Assembly: GCA_965140585.1 (NCBI GenBank) | Contig: OZ223269.1 | Coordinates: forward strand, 224,001 to 288,000 | From: Spirochaetia bacterium | Lineage (GTDB): Bacteria > Spirochaetota > Spirochaetia > UBA9216 | Direction of reading: 5' to 3' | DNA: 64,000 bases | Part shown: positions 28,673 through 39,778 of the stretch, in pieces | Layout: every line of letters begins with the position of its first letter | Position numbering within the stretch: the stretch's first letter is position 1 | Position numbers and translations under genes: made by a program | The notes under the pieces: generated by a model | Told to the model about the DNA's origin: nothing | What the model saw: only the letters and a program-made list of their open reading frames with translations | The model's database searches: none

Positions 28673-30151
28673 TCAGGATCCTAATCCTTTTTTCTCTAAT
28701 ATTTCAATACTGATTCTTAATAAAATCAGATAGGCAATCAATGCTGCAATTACGATTACCATAGTAAAAGCAAATATGCTGTTATAATTATGAGTACGGA
28801 TAGCAATTAAAAACCTGAAAAGAGGGTACCAGGAAAATACTGAAAACAAAAATCCGATGATTCCTCCTGTCTGAGCAATGCCTGCAAGATGGTTCAACTC
28901 TCGTTTTTCGGGTTTTAAAATTGAAAAAATATTTCCAAACCCAAGATACAGAAAGGAAATTCCAGCAGGCATTACAAGGGCTACAGGTAGAGAGTAAAAG
29001 TTTGTCATTATCCCGATAATTAATGTGAATATACAACCCGGTATTGTAAAGAGAATTAGAAATACAATGTTTTTGTTTATGATTATCTGAAATGCGGATT
29101 TTGGCCATTGTCTTATTCGCCCGAAGGCTTCTGTTTCAAAGCCGAAACTGTTATTTGATAGAGTCGCGGCATTAAGCATATAAATAATCATATAGATGTA
29201 CAGTACATTTACTGAATTGTCTTTTGTTAATTTTATATACAATACTGCTGCTGCTGTAATTAGAAAGGAAGATTTAATTTCTGCTGTTTTTATAAAAAGA
29301 TCGAGATTATAAATAAAAAGAGAGAACCTATTCTTTCTTAAAAGCGACTTTACATGAAGACGACTCAAAAAAATCAACCTGGACTTAGGCAGTTCTGTTT
29401 TATTTTTAGTTTTGTAAAGCAGATATGTTAAAAACAGGAAAGTACCGCTGAGCAGAAGCATGCTTAAAGTCATTAGAATACTTTTTATCCAGTCCGGGGG
29501 ACGTGTAATAAGTGAGGGGAAAAATGAAGTGAAAAACCATAGCTTCCCGGCATATTCTCCTGCATCGGTAATAAAGGGAAAAGTGATATTAAAAATGCTG
29601 ATATTGATTATTTCATTATTGATTGTGAAATATGGATTTGAGAATAACAGGGTGACCATCAGCAATAAAAAAATCAGGTGAAGGTCAACAATTAAATTTG
29701 TAGCAAGTGTCAGATACTCAACAAGTGAAAAAAACAGAATTGAAGAAAAAAGGCAAAATACAAAATAAATGATACCAGTAAAAATTCCGGTTGCAGGTGC
29801 TTTGAAAACAATAAAAGGGAATAGAAGTAAAACAGATAATACGGCAAGTACAGGTAATGCAGGATTTTTAAAAAGACGGAACAGGTAAATAAGAAATCGT
29901 TCATTTGAGCTGACAGGAAAATTCATCGGAATGCTTTCAGAAAGATTGTTTTCTCGGACGGTTGATCTGGTTACTATAAAAGGAACGATAAACCACAGCA
30001 GGCTGAGATGGAAAATATTAAAGCTGAAAATTTTAACAGCTGCAAAATATGAAAAATCTGATATCTGTGTGACAAAAAGGTTGTTTGAAACTATTTGAAG
30101 ACATAATGCAACTAAAAGCCAAGATGAAATAAAGCCTTCAGCCCCCCTCAA
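28673..30151 (-). CDS. Polytopic ABC-exporter permease; true start may be GTG 30231 via a frameshift
   Basis: Many TM segments; N.FG.E motif; downstream of an ABC ATPase; AT-rich. Confidence 0.7.
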   Translation of the reverse strand: MRGAEGFISSWLLVALCLQIVSNNLFVTQISDFSYFAAVKIFSFNIFHLSLLWFIVPFIVTRSTVRENNLSESIPMNFPVSSNERFLIYLFRLFKNPALPVLAVLSVLLLFPFIVFKAPATGIFTGIIYFVFCLFSSILFFSLVEYLTLATNLIVDLHLIFLLLMVTLLFSNPYFTINNEIINISIFNITFPFITDAGEYAGKLWFFTSFFPSLITRPPDWIKSILMTLSMLLLSGTFLFLTYLLYKTKNKTELPKSRLIFLSRLHVKSLLRKNRFSLFIYNLDLFIKTAEIKSSFLITAAAVLYIKLTKDNSVNVLYIYMIIYMLNAATLSNNSFGFETEAFGRIRQWPKSAFQIIINKNIVFLILFTIPGCIFTLIIGIMTNFYSLPVALVMPAGISFLYLGFGNIFSILKPEKRELNHLAGIAQTGGIIGFLFSVFSWYPLFRFLIAIRTHNYNSIFAFTMVIVIAALIAYLILLRISIEILEKKGLGS

Positions 30152-30218
30152 TTTATTTGCATGATACTGCCTTTTTGAAAAATACTCTGATACCGAAGAA
30201 TCGCCCCTGCTTTAGAAC

Positions 30219-30962
30219 TTAAAAAAGCCACTGAAGCCTTCCTGCTGCTTCATCATTCTCTGCGAAAGAAATAAAGAAATTATCGAGATTTCCGTACTGG
30301 TTAATAAGACTGCTGCAGATGGAATCATCAATTATACGTCCATTATTGATTGTAATTATTCTATCAGCAAGTTTTTCAACGATATCAAGAATATGGGTTG
30401 TCAGAAAAACCGTATGTCCGGTCTCTGCAAGCTTTTTTAGAAGCCGCTTGGTATGTGTAAGACTTAGCGGATCCAGCCCTGTTAGAGCCTCGTCCAGAAA
30501 TATAATTTTCGGATTATAAATTAAAGCCATAGACAAGGCAGTCTTTTTTCTTACACCTAGCGAACAGTTTTCTGCACTGGTTGTCTGATAATTTTCAAGA
30601 TTAAAGAAATTTAGAAGATCCGCTGTCCTGTTTATTTTATCAGTTTCAGACAGGCCGAAGATATCAGCAGTAAGCAGAATATGCTCATAAACTGTCAGAT
30701 GATTAAAAAGGTTTAATCTTTCAGTGACAATTCCCACTGAATATTTCCAGCTGGAATCCCTGCCCGAGATATCAATACCGTCAATATCAACTTTCCCGCT
30801 GTCAGGTTTCAGGCTGCCGGTAAGCATTCGGATGGTTGTTGATTTGCCGGCCCCATTTGGTCCGATTAGAGCGGTAATTGATCCCGGCTGTATTCTCGCT
30901 GAAAAATCATCGACCGCCAAATTATCGCTGTAACTTTTTGTCAGATTCTGTGAAATAATCAT
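30219..30962 (-). CDS. ABC transporter ATP-binding protein (ABC-2 type)
   Basis: GPNGAGKST, degenerate signature CSLGV, FLDE, TTH. Confidence 0.92.
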   Translation of the reverse strand: MIISQNLTKSYSDNLAVDDFSARIQPGSITALIGPNGAGKSTTIRMLTGSLKPDSGKVDIDGIDISGRDSSWKYSVGIVTERLNLFNHLTVYEHILLTADIFGLSETDKINRTADLLNFFNLENYQTTSAENCSLGVRKKTALSMALIYNPKIIFLDEALTGLDPLSLTHTKRLLKKLAETGHTVFLTTHILDIVEKLADRIITINNGRIIDDSICSSLINQYGNLDNFFISFAENDEAAGRLQWLF

Positions 30963-30975
30963 TTTTATCCTTATA

Positions 30976-31863
30976 TTATCCGGTTTTACTGAAAAGTCTG
31001 GAAAACGCACCCGGACTTATGCCGAAAACTGATTTAAAGAGTCTTGAAAAATGAAACTGATCACTGTAGCCGGTTTCTTCCGCAGCCTCTGCCACAGTTA
31101 CAGAAGGGTTATGCAGAAACTCCGCAGCATGATTCATCTTCAGCTTGAGTAGATACTGGTAAGGTGTACTGTAATCAAATTTTTTGAACAGTCTGCATAG
31201 ATAGGCTTCATCAACATTACAAATTTTCGCTGTGTCCATTAGCGTAAATAATCTGAGATATTCTGCTTCTATCGTTTTCCTGCATCTTAGATAGGTTGAA
31301 TATGATTTTCCTGAAAAAGAGTCCCCCTTGAGTGCTGATTCGGCAATTTTCATTATCAGTACTCGTGCAAGTGATGTGCACAGCACATCAGTATATGGTG
31401 TATCCGCCATGCCGGTTCTTGTCAGTTCTTCAAGAGTTAGCAAGATTGATTCTGGTGCCGCTATGTGATAAACCGCAGATTTTGAAGATATATGTTTATG
31501 CATAAGTTCTTCAGCTTCATTGCCTGTAATGTTGATAAAGTATTTAACAAGCGGATTGTCTGAGTCACTTGTTATTGTATGATTGACTTCAGGGCTGTAG
31601 GTGAACAATACAGCTCTTGAAAGTGGATGGACAGTATCATTAAGAGTCAAAGTTCCTGATCCGCTGATAATAAACTCAATTCCGAAGTAGGGGAAGGTTT
31701 TTCTTGCTATGCTGTAATCGGGTGAGGTTTTTTCGATACCTCCCGCGACAACTGTTAGAGAACCTGTTCTGTATATGTCCAGTTTTCTGTAAAAACGTCT
31801 TGAATCGCTTACCTGAGAGGAAAAATATCCGGGTTCAGGCACGAAGTTTTTTAATGAAGTCAA
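30976..31863 (-). CDS. AraC family regulator (start approximate), divergent from the AKR
   Basis: Cupin-like N-domain; YLCRLFK, GYSDQFHFSRLFKSVFGISP. Confidence 0.9.
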   Translation of the reverse strand: MTSLKNFVPEPGYFSSQVSDSRRFYRKLDIYRTGSLTVVAGGIEKTSPDYSIARKTFPYFGIEFIISGSGTLTLNDTVHPLSRAVLFTYSPEVNHTITSDSDNPLVKYFINITGNEAEELMHKHISSKSAVYHIAAPESILLTLEELTRTGMADTPYTDVLCTSLARVLIMKIAESALKGDSFSGKSYSTYLRCRKTIEAEYLRLFTLMDTAKICNVDEAYLCRLFKKFDYSTPYQYLLKLKMNHAAEFLHNPSVTVAEAAEETGYSDQFHFSRLFKSVFGISPGAFSRLFSKTG

Positions 31864-31951
31864 GATTATCCATACTCCTGTCAAATGCTTCCATTGCTGA
31901 ATCGGGTATACAGCAACTATAATATAATAACACAGATAAGTATGGAGGGAT

Positions 31952-32989
<1,038 letters not shown>

Positions 32990-33002
32990 AAAGGCTGCGA
33001 AT

Positions 33003-33041
33003 AAAAAAAGAGGGAACGGAACCTGACAGATTCCGTTCCCT
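33003..33041 (-). terminator. Terminator between the convergent AKR and MFS genes
   Basis: AGGGAACGGAA...TTCCGTTCCCT stem with a T tract on the minus strand. Confidence 0.8.
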
Positions 33042-33086
33042 GAAAGCGGGTGAAAAATGAATACTATAATAATCAGTCTGACTATA

Positions 33087-34304
33087 TCAGGCTGATATAT
33101 TATCAACAGTTTTATTTTTGAATGTAAAGGCAATTATCAGCGATATGATAACCAGGGCTCCTGAGAGCAGGTATGCTGAATTAAAGCTGCCGGTAGCATC
33201 AAAAATAATAGCACTCGGTATTGGCCCCAGAACTCCGGCAATACCCCAGGCGGTGAAAACCATCCCGTAGTTTGCTCCGAAATTCTTCATTCCGTACAGG
33301 TCTGCAGTAGCTGCAGAGAATACTACCATCGTAGAACCATAACATACACCTGCGATTGCAACACCGATCATCAGTATAATGTAGTTTGTGTAAAACGCAA
33401 ACAAAAACATGTTAATTGCCTGAATAATAAAGGCCAATCGCATTAGATAAGGCCTTCCAATCTTATCAGAAAGGGTTCCGCCCATCGAGCGTCCAAGAGC
33501 ATTGAATACAGCAAGCAGAATTACAAGAATAAACCCGCCCTCCCATGAAGCCTGATATTTGGCAATATTAGCAGCATGTCCGATTACCATAAGGCTGGAA
33601 GCTGCTGAGAGGGTAAACATTATCCACATCTTGTAGAAATTGCCGGTTTTAAGTACTTCAAGCGGTTTTACTTCTACCGCAGTGCTTTTTACTGCATCAC
33701 CGGTTTTAACTGCGGCTCCGGCCTGATATCCGGCAGGAGGATTCACAAGAAGCTGTGATACAGATGTCTGAAGAATGAGTAGTCCGATGCCGATAATCCA
33801 GAAAGTAGGGGCTATTCCCATGCTGTGCATAAGCGTCTTTGTAAGCGGTGAATACATTACTGATGCAAGAGCAAGTGATGCTACTATAACTCCATTGATG
33901 GTTCCCTTTTTCTCAGGAGAAAACCACTTAAGTGCGGGAGGAACCGTAGCTGCATACATAGATCCGAGACCGAATCCGGTCATTAATCCATATGTAAGCA
34001 CCATAAGTGCCGGCTTGAGAGCAAAACCCGTAAGTATCAAACCTCCGCCGATCAGAATGCTTCCCATTGTTGCAATAAATTTCGGTCCCTTTTTGTCCTG
34101 AATCGGACCTGCAACCGCCATCGATAACGCGAATGAAATCGAAAAAACAGTGTAGGGGAGCGAAGACTGAAGACTGGTCCAGTTAAGCTGGATCATCAGT
34201 TCTTTACCGATGATACTCCAGATGTAGCCCATACCGCTGAAGAAATTGATTACTACAGCAGCGATAAGCACTGACCAGGCTTTTTTAGTTAATTTGTCAC
34301 TCAT
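33087..34304 (-). CDS. MFS transporter, oxalate:formate antiporter/monocarboxylate type
   Basis: 12 TM; Y.WS, G..QDK.GP, KWF.P.KKG, FN..GR...G..SD.IGR, YG.KN.G.NYG. Confidence 0.92.
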   Translation of the reverse strand: MSDKLTKKAWSVLIAAVVINFFSGMGYIWSIIGKELMIQLNWTSLQSSLPYTVFSISFALSMAVAGPIQDKKGPKFIATMGSILIGGGLILTGFALKPALMVLTYGLMTGFGLGSMYAATVPPALKWFSPEKKGTINGVIVASLALASVMYSPLTKTLMHSMGIAPTFWIIGIGLLILQTSVSQLLVNPPAGYQAGAAVKTGDAVKSTAVEVKPLEVLKTGNFYKMWIMFTLSAASSLMVIGHAANIAKYQASWEGGFILVILLAVFNALGRSMGGTLSDKIGRPYLMRLAFIIQAINMFLFAFYTNYIILMIGVAIAGVCYGSTMVVFSAATADLYGMKNFGANYGMVFTAWGIAGVLGPIPSAIIFDATGSFNSAYLLSGALVIISLIIAFTFKNKTVDNISA

Positions 34305-34330
34305 TATCCAAAAACCTCGTTTAAATTATA

Positions 34331-36262
34331 TCAGATATTTACTGCGGCATAGTACGCATTTTTTACTGCTTGTTCAACAGTGCCAACTTTCATACAGTCG
34401 CCGATTGAGTAAAATCTGTTTAATGCTGAATTCCTGAAATTGTCAGCTTCATTACCAAGAGATTTCATTCCTACGGCAATGATTACATTCCCGGCATTCA
34501 GGGTAAGTTCATTACCTTCCGCATCTATGTAAGTTATTGAATCATTATTGATAGATTTACACATTGCAGAAGTAATTATTTCTACATTTTTTTCGTTATT
34601 AAGCTCCCAGATAATCTCATTCCGGTGAGTCATAGAAGCGTCAGGAGCGAGTTCTGACTGCATTTCAATTATCGTTGTTTTCTTTCCGAGTTTTGCAAGG
34701 TGCAAAGCCGTTTCAACACCAACCTGGCCGCCGCCGATAACTATCACATTATCTGAAAGTTTACTCTCTATTCCGTAGGAATCAAGAGCCATAATTACAT
34801 TTTTATTTTCTATTCCTTTAATCGGCGGAACAAATGGTACAGCACCTACAGCTGCGATAACTACATCAGCGCCCTCTTTGCCAAGCGTTTCGGGAGAGGC
34901 AACGGTATTCAGTTTCACATTAATATTCGCCTTATGTACCTGATACACAAGGAAATCCTTGAATTTTCTAAGGTCATATTTAAACTCAACCTTTTCACTG
35001 AATTTAAGCGTTCCGCCTAAACTGTCGGTCTTTTCATATATAGTTACATCATGTCCTCTTTCAGCACATGTCAGAGCAGCCTGCATTCCTGCGGGACCTC
35101 CGCCTATTATGATTACTTTTTTTGACTTTTCAGCCGGTTTCACTATCTCAGGCAGTTTATGCTCAATACCGATTTCCGGATTTACAGTACATGAGTAGTG
35201 ATATTCATATACAGCACTGTCATGGCAGCGCATACATTTAACACATGGCCTTACATCATCACCTCTGCCGGCATATGCAAGTTCTGCAAGATTAGGTTCA
35301 GCTATAACTCCGCGTGCTGATGTCACGATATCAGCCTTACCGTCAGCAAGTGCTTTTTCGGCTGATGAAAGTTCCTGAATGCCGCCGATTGTTACTACAG
35401 GAATTTTGATGCCGGATTTCTTCATCGCTTCTGCAAGTGGAAGATTCGGCATGTGAGGAAGGAAGTCACAGGGATGAACGATTGTCATGTGAAGGGGATC
35501 ATGAATGCCTGCTGAAACATGGATAAGGTCTATCTTGTCCTCAGCAATCTTAGCGAAAGCTATTGCGTCATCGATTTTGATTCCGCCTTTTTCATGTTCA
35601 TCTCCGCTGATTCTAACTTCAATTAAAAAATCTTTTCCAACTTTTTCCCTTATTTTATCGATTATCATCATTGGGAATCTGGCTCTGTTCTCCGCACTTC
35701 CGCCGTACTTGTCCTTTCTCTTGTTTGTAAGGGGAGAAAGGAACTGTCCTACAAGAAGCCCATGGCCGAAATGCAGCAGAACCATATCAAAGCCGGCGGT
35801 TTTACAGGCACCGGCTGTGAACGCATAACCCTCAGCAATCCTCTCCATCTCTGATTCTGGCATCTCTTTGGCCGGGTTTCCGGCCATAAGGGTAATTCCG
35901 TCACTGGCTCCGTATTCACCGCCTACAACACCTGCTACACCCAGTTCCATAGAGGCTTTAGCTCCGTAAAAATGGATTCTTTCAGCAAGCTGTGCAAGAT
36001 AGTTTACATTAGATTTTTCATATACATCCCATGCTGCATGTTCTGCATCATGTCTGTGGGGGAATATGCTTACACCAGCAACAGTAACACAGCCGGCACC
36101 TCCTCGGGCTTTGTTTGCAAAGTGAGTTATTGCAGCCTCGGTAGGGTAGGGCTCTGTTGCCTGTATTGAATGCAATGTAATAGGAGCTGTAAACATACGG
36201 TTCCTGAATGTTTTATTACCGATTTTTATCGGTTCCAAGAGATGGGGGTACTGAGTATTCAT
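34331..36262 (-). CDS. OYE-family FMN/[4Fe-4S]/FAD oxidoreductase (BaiCD/FadH architecture)
   Basis: TIM-barrel motif HFGHGLLVGQFLSP..N.R.D.YGG; Cx2Cx2Cx11C; two GGG Rossmann motifs. Confidence 0.92.
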   Translation of the reverse strand: MNTQYPHLLEPIKIGNKTFRNRMFTAPITLHSIQATEPYPTEAAITHFANKARGGAGCVTVAGVSIFPHRHDAEHAAWDVYEKSNVNYLAQLAERIHFYGAKASMELGVAGVVGGEYGASDGITLMAGNPAKEMPESEMERIAEGYAFTAGACKTAGFDMVLLHFGHGLLVGQFLSPLTNKRKDKYGGSAENRARFPMMIIDKIREKVGKDFLIEVRISGDEHEKGGIKIDDAIAFAKIAEDKIDLIHVSAGIHDPLHMTIVHPCDFLPHMPNLPLAEAMKKSGIKIPVVTIGGIQELSSAEKALADGKADIVTSARGVIAEPNLAELAYAGRGDDVRPCVKCMRCHDSAVYEYHYSCTVNPEIGIEHKLPEIVKPAEKSKKVIIIGGGPAGMQAALTCAERGHDVTIYEKTDSLGGTLKFSEKVEFKYDLRKFKDFLVYQVHKANINVKLNTVASPETLGKEGADVVIAAVGAVPFVPPIKGIENKNVIMALDSYGIESKLSDNVIVIGGGQVGVETALHLAKLGKKTTIIEMQSELAPDASMTHRNEIIWELNNEKNVEIITSAMCKSINNDSITYIDAEGNELTLNAGNVIIAVGMKSLGNEADNFRNSALNRFYSIGDCMKVGTVEQAVKNAYYAAVNI

Positions 36263-36310
36263 CTATTTATTCCTTAATCTTCTAATATATAGTTCAAAAT
36301 TCCGGATTGG

Positions 36311-37837
36311 TTATTCAACAAAATCATCAGAATCAAGATACTCAACAGCACTGTAGCCGGCAATTCTTCCTGAGTTTATTGCCCAGCCCATTGTATTGCC
36401 CGGCATAAGGAAGCAGTAGCTGTCACCGAAAATATTAGCTCCGTCAAAACCTGAGGCATAAAGACCCGGAATCGGCTTATTTGTTGCATCAAGAACCTGA
36501 AGGTTTTCGTTAACTTTAACACCGCCGAGAGTTCCGTATCCGCAGGGTCTATGTGCAGCTGCGTAAAACTTCTTTCCCTTAACAGCTCGCATAAGTTTGG
36601 GGTGCTTGTTGAACTGGTGGTCGTAGCTTCCTGCACATGCATTGTATTCTTCAAGGGTTTTACTGAGATTCTTGTAGTTGATTCCAGTCATTTCGCAGAG
36701 TTCTTCGATAGAATCTGCTTCCCAGAATACAGTCTGACTGGTTTCGTCATCACCGTGCAGTTCAGAAAGACCTGCGGTTTCTGATTCTCCGCCTTCTCTG
36801 TATGTTTTGAGCTCACTCTCCCACTTATCTACATTCTTGATATTGTGGTGGAAGGTGATGTAGTCAAGTCCGCCTTTTTTGCGGTAGTCATCAAGGATTT
36901 CATCAGAGATGATTGTAAAACCGATTTTATCGGTCTGTCTTGTTATACAGTTACCGGTGAAGGTTGTGTTCTGCATCTGCTCTTCGTTCATGAATCGCTT
37001 ACCTTCAAGGTTTACCATGAGGTTGGGGTTTCTCATTGTTTCACTGAGAGTCTTGAAAATGTCAGTGATACCGGGAGTAGTGTAGGTAAGTTCCATGTTC
37101 ATCTGGCTTTCTGCTGCTCCGATGTCCCACATCATATTGATACCGTCACCATCATCACCGGGAATCCTGAATGAGAAGAGGTCTTTACCCCATGTGTATC
37201 CGAATTTTTCTTTGAGCATTTCGGGGTTGTTTCCAAATCCACCTGCAGCAGTGATCACAGTATCACATTCAATAGTCTGCTCGTTTCCGTTTTCATCTGC
37301 TATTACTACACCGGTCACTCTTCCTGTACCAGGATCAGTGTTAATCTTTTTTGCGGAAGTCTGGAACATGATTTCAACACCGAGCTCTGCTGATCTGTCT
37401 GTCAGAGCCTTGAAAAGAACTGATGCAGATCTTTCAGTTGGTTTGTTGCTTCCGGGAACCTTTACGATGTGCCAGGTAGGAAATGATTTTTCAAAGTATT
37501 TGTATACTCCAAGAAATTCTACACCCATCTTCTCAACCCAGTCAATGGTATCGGCAGACTGTGCAATATATCTTCTGATAAGTCTTGCATCAGGATGCCA
37601 GTGTGTGTATTCCATGAAAAATTCAAATGCCTGATCAACAGTGAGATCAATCATCTGTGATTTTGCGTGATGTGATTCAACGGCAAAAAAGCCCATGCCC
37701 ATGTTTGCAGCACCACCGGTTGTGCTTCCTTTTTCGATAACGATAACGCTGGCTTCTTTTTCAGCTGCAGCAACCGCTGCAGAAATTCCTGAAGCTCCGG
37801 CACCGATAACAACAACATCTGCTTCTAATTTACTCAT
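36311..37837 (-). CDS. Cytoplasmic FAD_binding_2 flavin reductase (flavocytochrome c flavin-subunit superfamily)
   Basis: GAGASG, GGFGNN, GDG, VN.EGKRF.NE, TLGG, IPGLYA.G, GDSY...PG; no signal peptide, no haem motif. Confidence 0.9.
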   Translation of the reverse strand: MSKLEADVVVIGAGASGISAAVAAAEKEASVIVIEKGSTTGGAANMGMGFFAVESHHAKSQMIDLTVDQAFEFFMEYTHWHPDARLIRRYIAQSADTIDWVEKMGVEFLGVYKYFEKSFPTWHIVKVPGSNKPTERSASVLFKALTDRSAELGVEIMFQTSAKKINTDPGTGRVTGVVIADENGNEQTIECDTVITAAGGFGNNPEMLKEKFGYTWGKDLFSFRIPGDDGDGINMMWDIGAAESQMNMELTYTTPGITDIFKTLSETMRNPNLMVNLEGKRFMNEEQMQNTTFTGNCITRQTDKIGFTIISDEILDDYRKKGGLDYITFHHNIKNVDKWESELKTYREGGESETAGLSELHGDDETSQTVFWEADSIEELCEMTGINYKNLSKTLEEYNACAGSYDHQFNKHPKLMRAVKGKKFYAAAHRPCGYGTLGGVKVNENLQVLDATNKPIPGLYASGFDGANIFGDSYCFLMPGNTMGWAINSGRIAGYSAVEYLDSDDFVE

Positions 37838-37864
37838 TATAAAGTCTCCTAAAAATATTTATAG

Positions 37865-37901
37865 AAAAGGACTTGCATTGTTTTTTACTCTGCAAGTCCT
37901 T
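37865..37901 (-). terminator. Intra-operon stem-loop or weak terminator
   Basis: AAGGACTTGCA-13 nt-TGCAAGTCCTT with a short T run on the minus strand. Confidence 0.55.
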
Positions 37902-37982
37902 AAATTATATATTTGAATTATTTAAGCCGGCTTAGCGCAATAAAAATGGTATAGAGCTTTAGCCGTATACTGACTGCTATAA

Positions 37983-39275
37983 TTAAGCTTTAACCTTGTA
38001 ATCTCTGTCAGCTGCATTTGCATCAGGTACCTTCAGCATTGTTAGAATAGTGATAAAGGATACAATAAGCAGACCTATGATGATGTAGTAAGCCATAGTA
38101 AGTTTCCCGGCATCGTTCATGGCAGCCATGAAAGCAATACCGAAAGCCATTGGAATAGCCTGAATTGTCATAATCCATTTATTTGCAGCCTGATAAAGGT
38201 GTCTTCCGTATACATATGATGTAATACATGGATGCATTGTCGGAACACCGCCTGTCATACATGCAACTCCGAAAGCCCAAATCAGCATAAGAGCCTTGTT
38301 TCCGCCGACGGGCATGATAGCAAGAGGTATTACAGCAATGAAAAACAGAATGTTCAGTACGAGCGAAGCCTTCACTGAACCGAGTTTATCATCGATCCAT
38401 CCGAGTACGAAACTCATGGGTATACCTGCAATGGCTCCGGCTGAGAGGTAGGGAAGGGCTTTAACAAACAGAGGCGGACCCTGGTTGTCTGCGGGAGTAA
38501 GTGAATTGTATCTGACAGCCATAAACGCCATCATACATAGAATTGCAAACTGAAGAATCCCGTATGAGATAATAAGCTGCCATGCACGGCCTTCACTCAG
38601 GAGTTTTCCTACGGTTATTGACTGCTCTTCGATGTTGCTTTCTGATTTAGGAGCAGTATCTGCACCGTCAGGATACAGTCCCGCATCTTCGGGAGTATCT
38701 TTCATAAGGAACTGGGTAACAGCTGCCATAACGAGAATGATAATACCAAGAACGATATAACCTGATTTGATACCGACGCTGTTTGCAAGGAAGGTAAGAA
38801 TACTTATACCTGCAACAGAGAATAGCGGACTACCTGCTGTGATGATACCAAGCACACGTCCTCGGTATTTGATGAACCAGTTTGCAGCAAGCATGAATCC
38901 ACCCATCTGAAGCGGTACAACAAGTATACGTACGAGAAACAGGCTGATTGCATAAAGTGTGTAGTTATCACCTGCAACAGCTATTCCCATACAGGAGATG
39001 CCCAGTAGTACGAGTGCAGGTACCATGATAATCCTTACACCGAACTTAACAAAAGCAGCTCCTACAAGTAGATAAAGAACAATTACTACAATTCCTGCAA
39101 TAGTAACCGGATTGGTTATCTGCAGGTTTGACCATCCATAAGTCTCAGCCAGAAACGGTGTGAGAATGTTGAGGTGGTCATTCTGAAGTCCTGAATAGAA
39201 AAACATGTACAGAACTCCGAGAATCATGAAGACTACCGCATATCCGGCAAACTTCTTGTTCGAAAACATCGACAT
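37983..39275 (-). CDS. MFS transporter
   Basis: About 12 TM; NWF...RGR.LG, P...GL.PDG, GWIDDKLG. Confidence 0.9.
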   Translation of the reverse strand: MSMFSNKKFAGYAVVFMILGVLYMFFYSGLQNDHLNILTPFLAETYGWSNLQITNPVTIAGIVVIVLYLLVGAAFVKFGVRIIMVPALVLLGISCMGIAVAGDNYTLYAISLFLVRILVVPLQMGGFMLAANWFIKYRGRVLGIITAGSPLFSVAGISILTFLANSVGIKSGYIVLGIIILVMAAVTQFLMKDTPEDAGLYPDGADTAPKSESNIEEQSITVGKLLSEGRAWQLIISYGILQFAILCMMAFMAVRYNSLTPADNQGPPLFVKALPYLSAGAIAGIPMSFVLGWIDDKLGSVKASLVLNILFFIAVIPLAIMPVGGNKALMLIWAFGVACMTGGVPTMHPCITSYVYGRHLYQAANKWIMTIQAIPMAFGIAFMAAMNDAGKLTMAYYIIIGLLIVSFITILTMLKVPDANAADRDYKVKA

Positions 39276-39455
39276 AAATTCCCCCTAAAATCTTTATATC
39301 GCATTCCTGTATTCAGTACGGAAACTCCGGGAACCAGGAAAAGCACACAGATTTTTAACACAGGCTGAAGTGTCGGCAACACTTTTCCTGTCTTATGTCT
39401 GAACCCGGGAAAAGGTTTTGGTGTAAAATAAATTTTCCCGAAAAAAAAGAAAAAC

Positions 39456-39473
39456 AGATAACTGCAGTTATCT
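39456..39473. promoter_or_regulatory. Perfect 18-bp palindrome just downstream of the predicted TSS; candidate operator
   Basis: AGATAACTG-CAGTTATCT. Confidence 0.6.
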
Positions 39474-39497
39474 TATTGTTTGAACTGAATTAGGAAA

Positions 39498-39561
39498 ATT
39501 ATAGGGGAGTATTTATAATGCCGCAACTTACATTATTGTACTTTCAACGCTCAAATTTATA
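39498..39561 (-). promoter_or_regulatory. Promoter with shared upstream box, copy A
   Basis: TATAAATTTGAGCGTTGAAAGTACAATAATGTAAG-TTGCGG-17-TATAAT. Confidence 0.75.
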
Positions 39562-39778
39562 CTAGAATAAATATAATTAATTCTCTGATAAAGAATTGAA
39601 AAGATAAAAAAAAGTTTAAATATTTAGTGTTATACCCTACAAAATATGATTTTTTAACATTGATTACTTTGGATATCATATTCATACAATAAATGAATTA
39701 GACAAATCAAATTTAAGAAAGTTAGAATCACATATACTTGAAAACCTTATCGTTAGGGAAATATTTAGGAGGGCAGAA

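Noticed and set aside
36311-37837. Fumarate reductase/succinate dehydrogenase flavoprotein
   Set aside because: Dicarboxylate-binding motifs (HPT, HG.NRLG) absent; no Fe-S or anchor subunits adjacent
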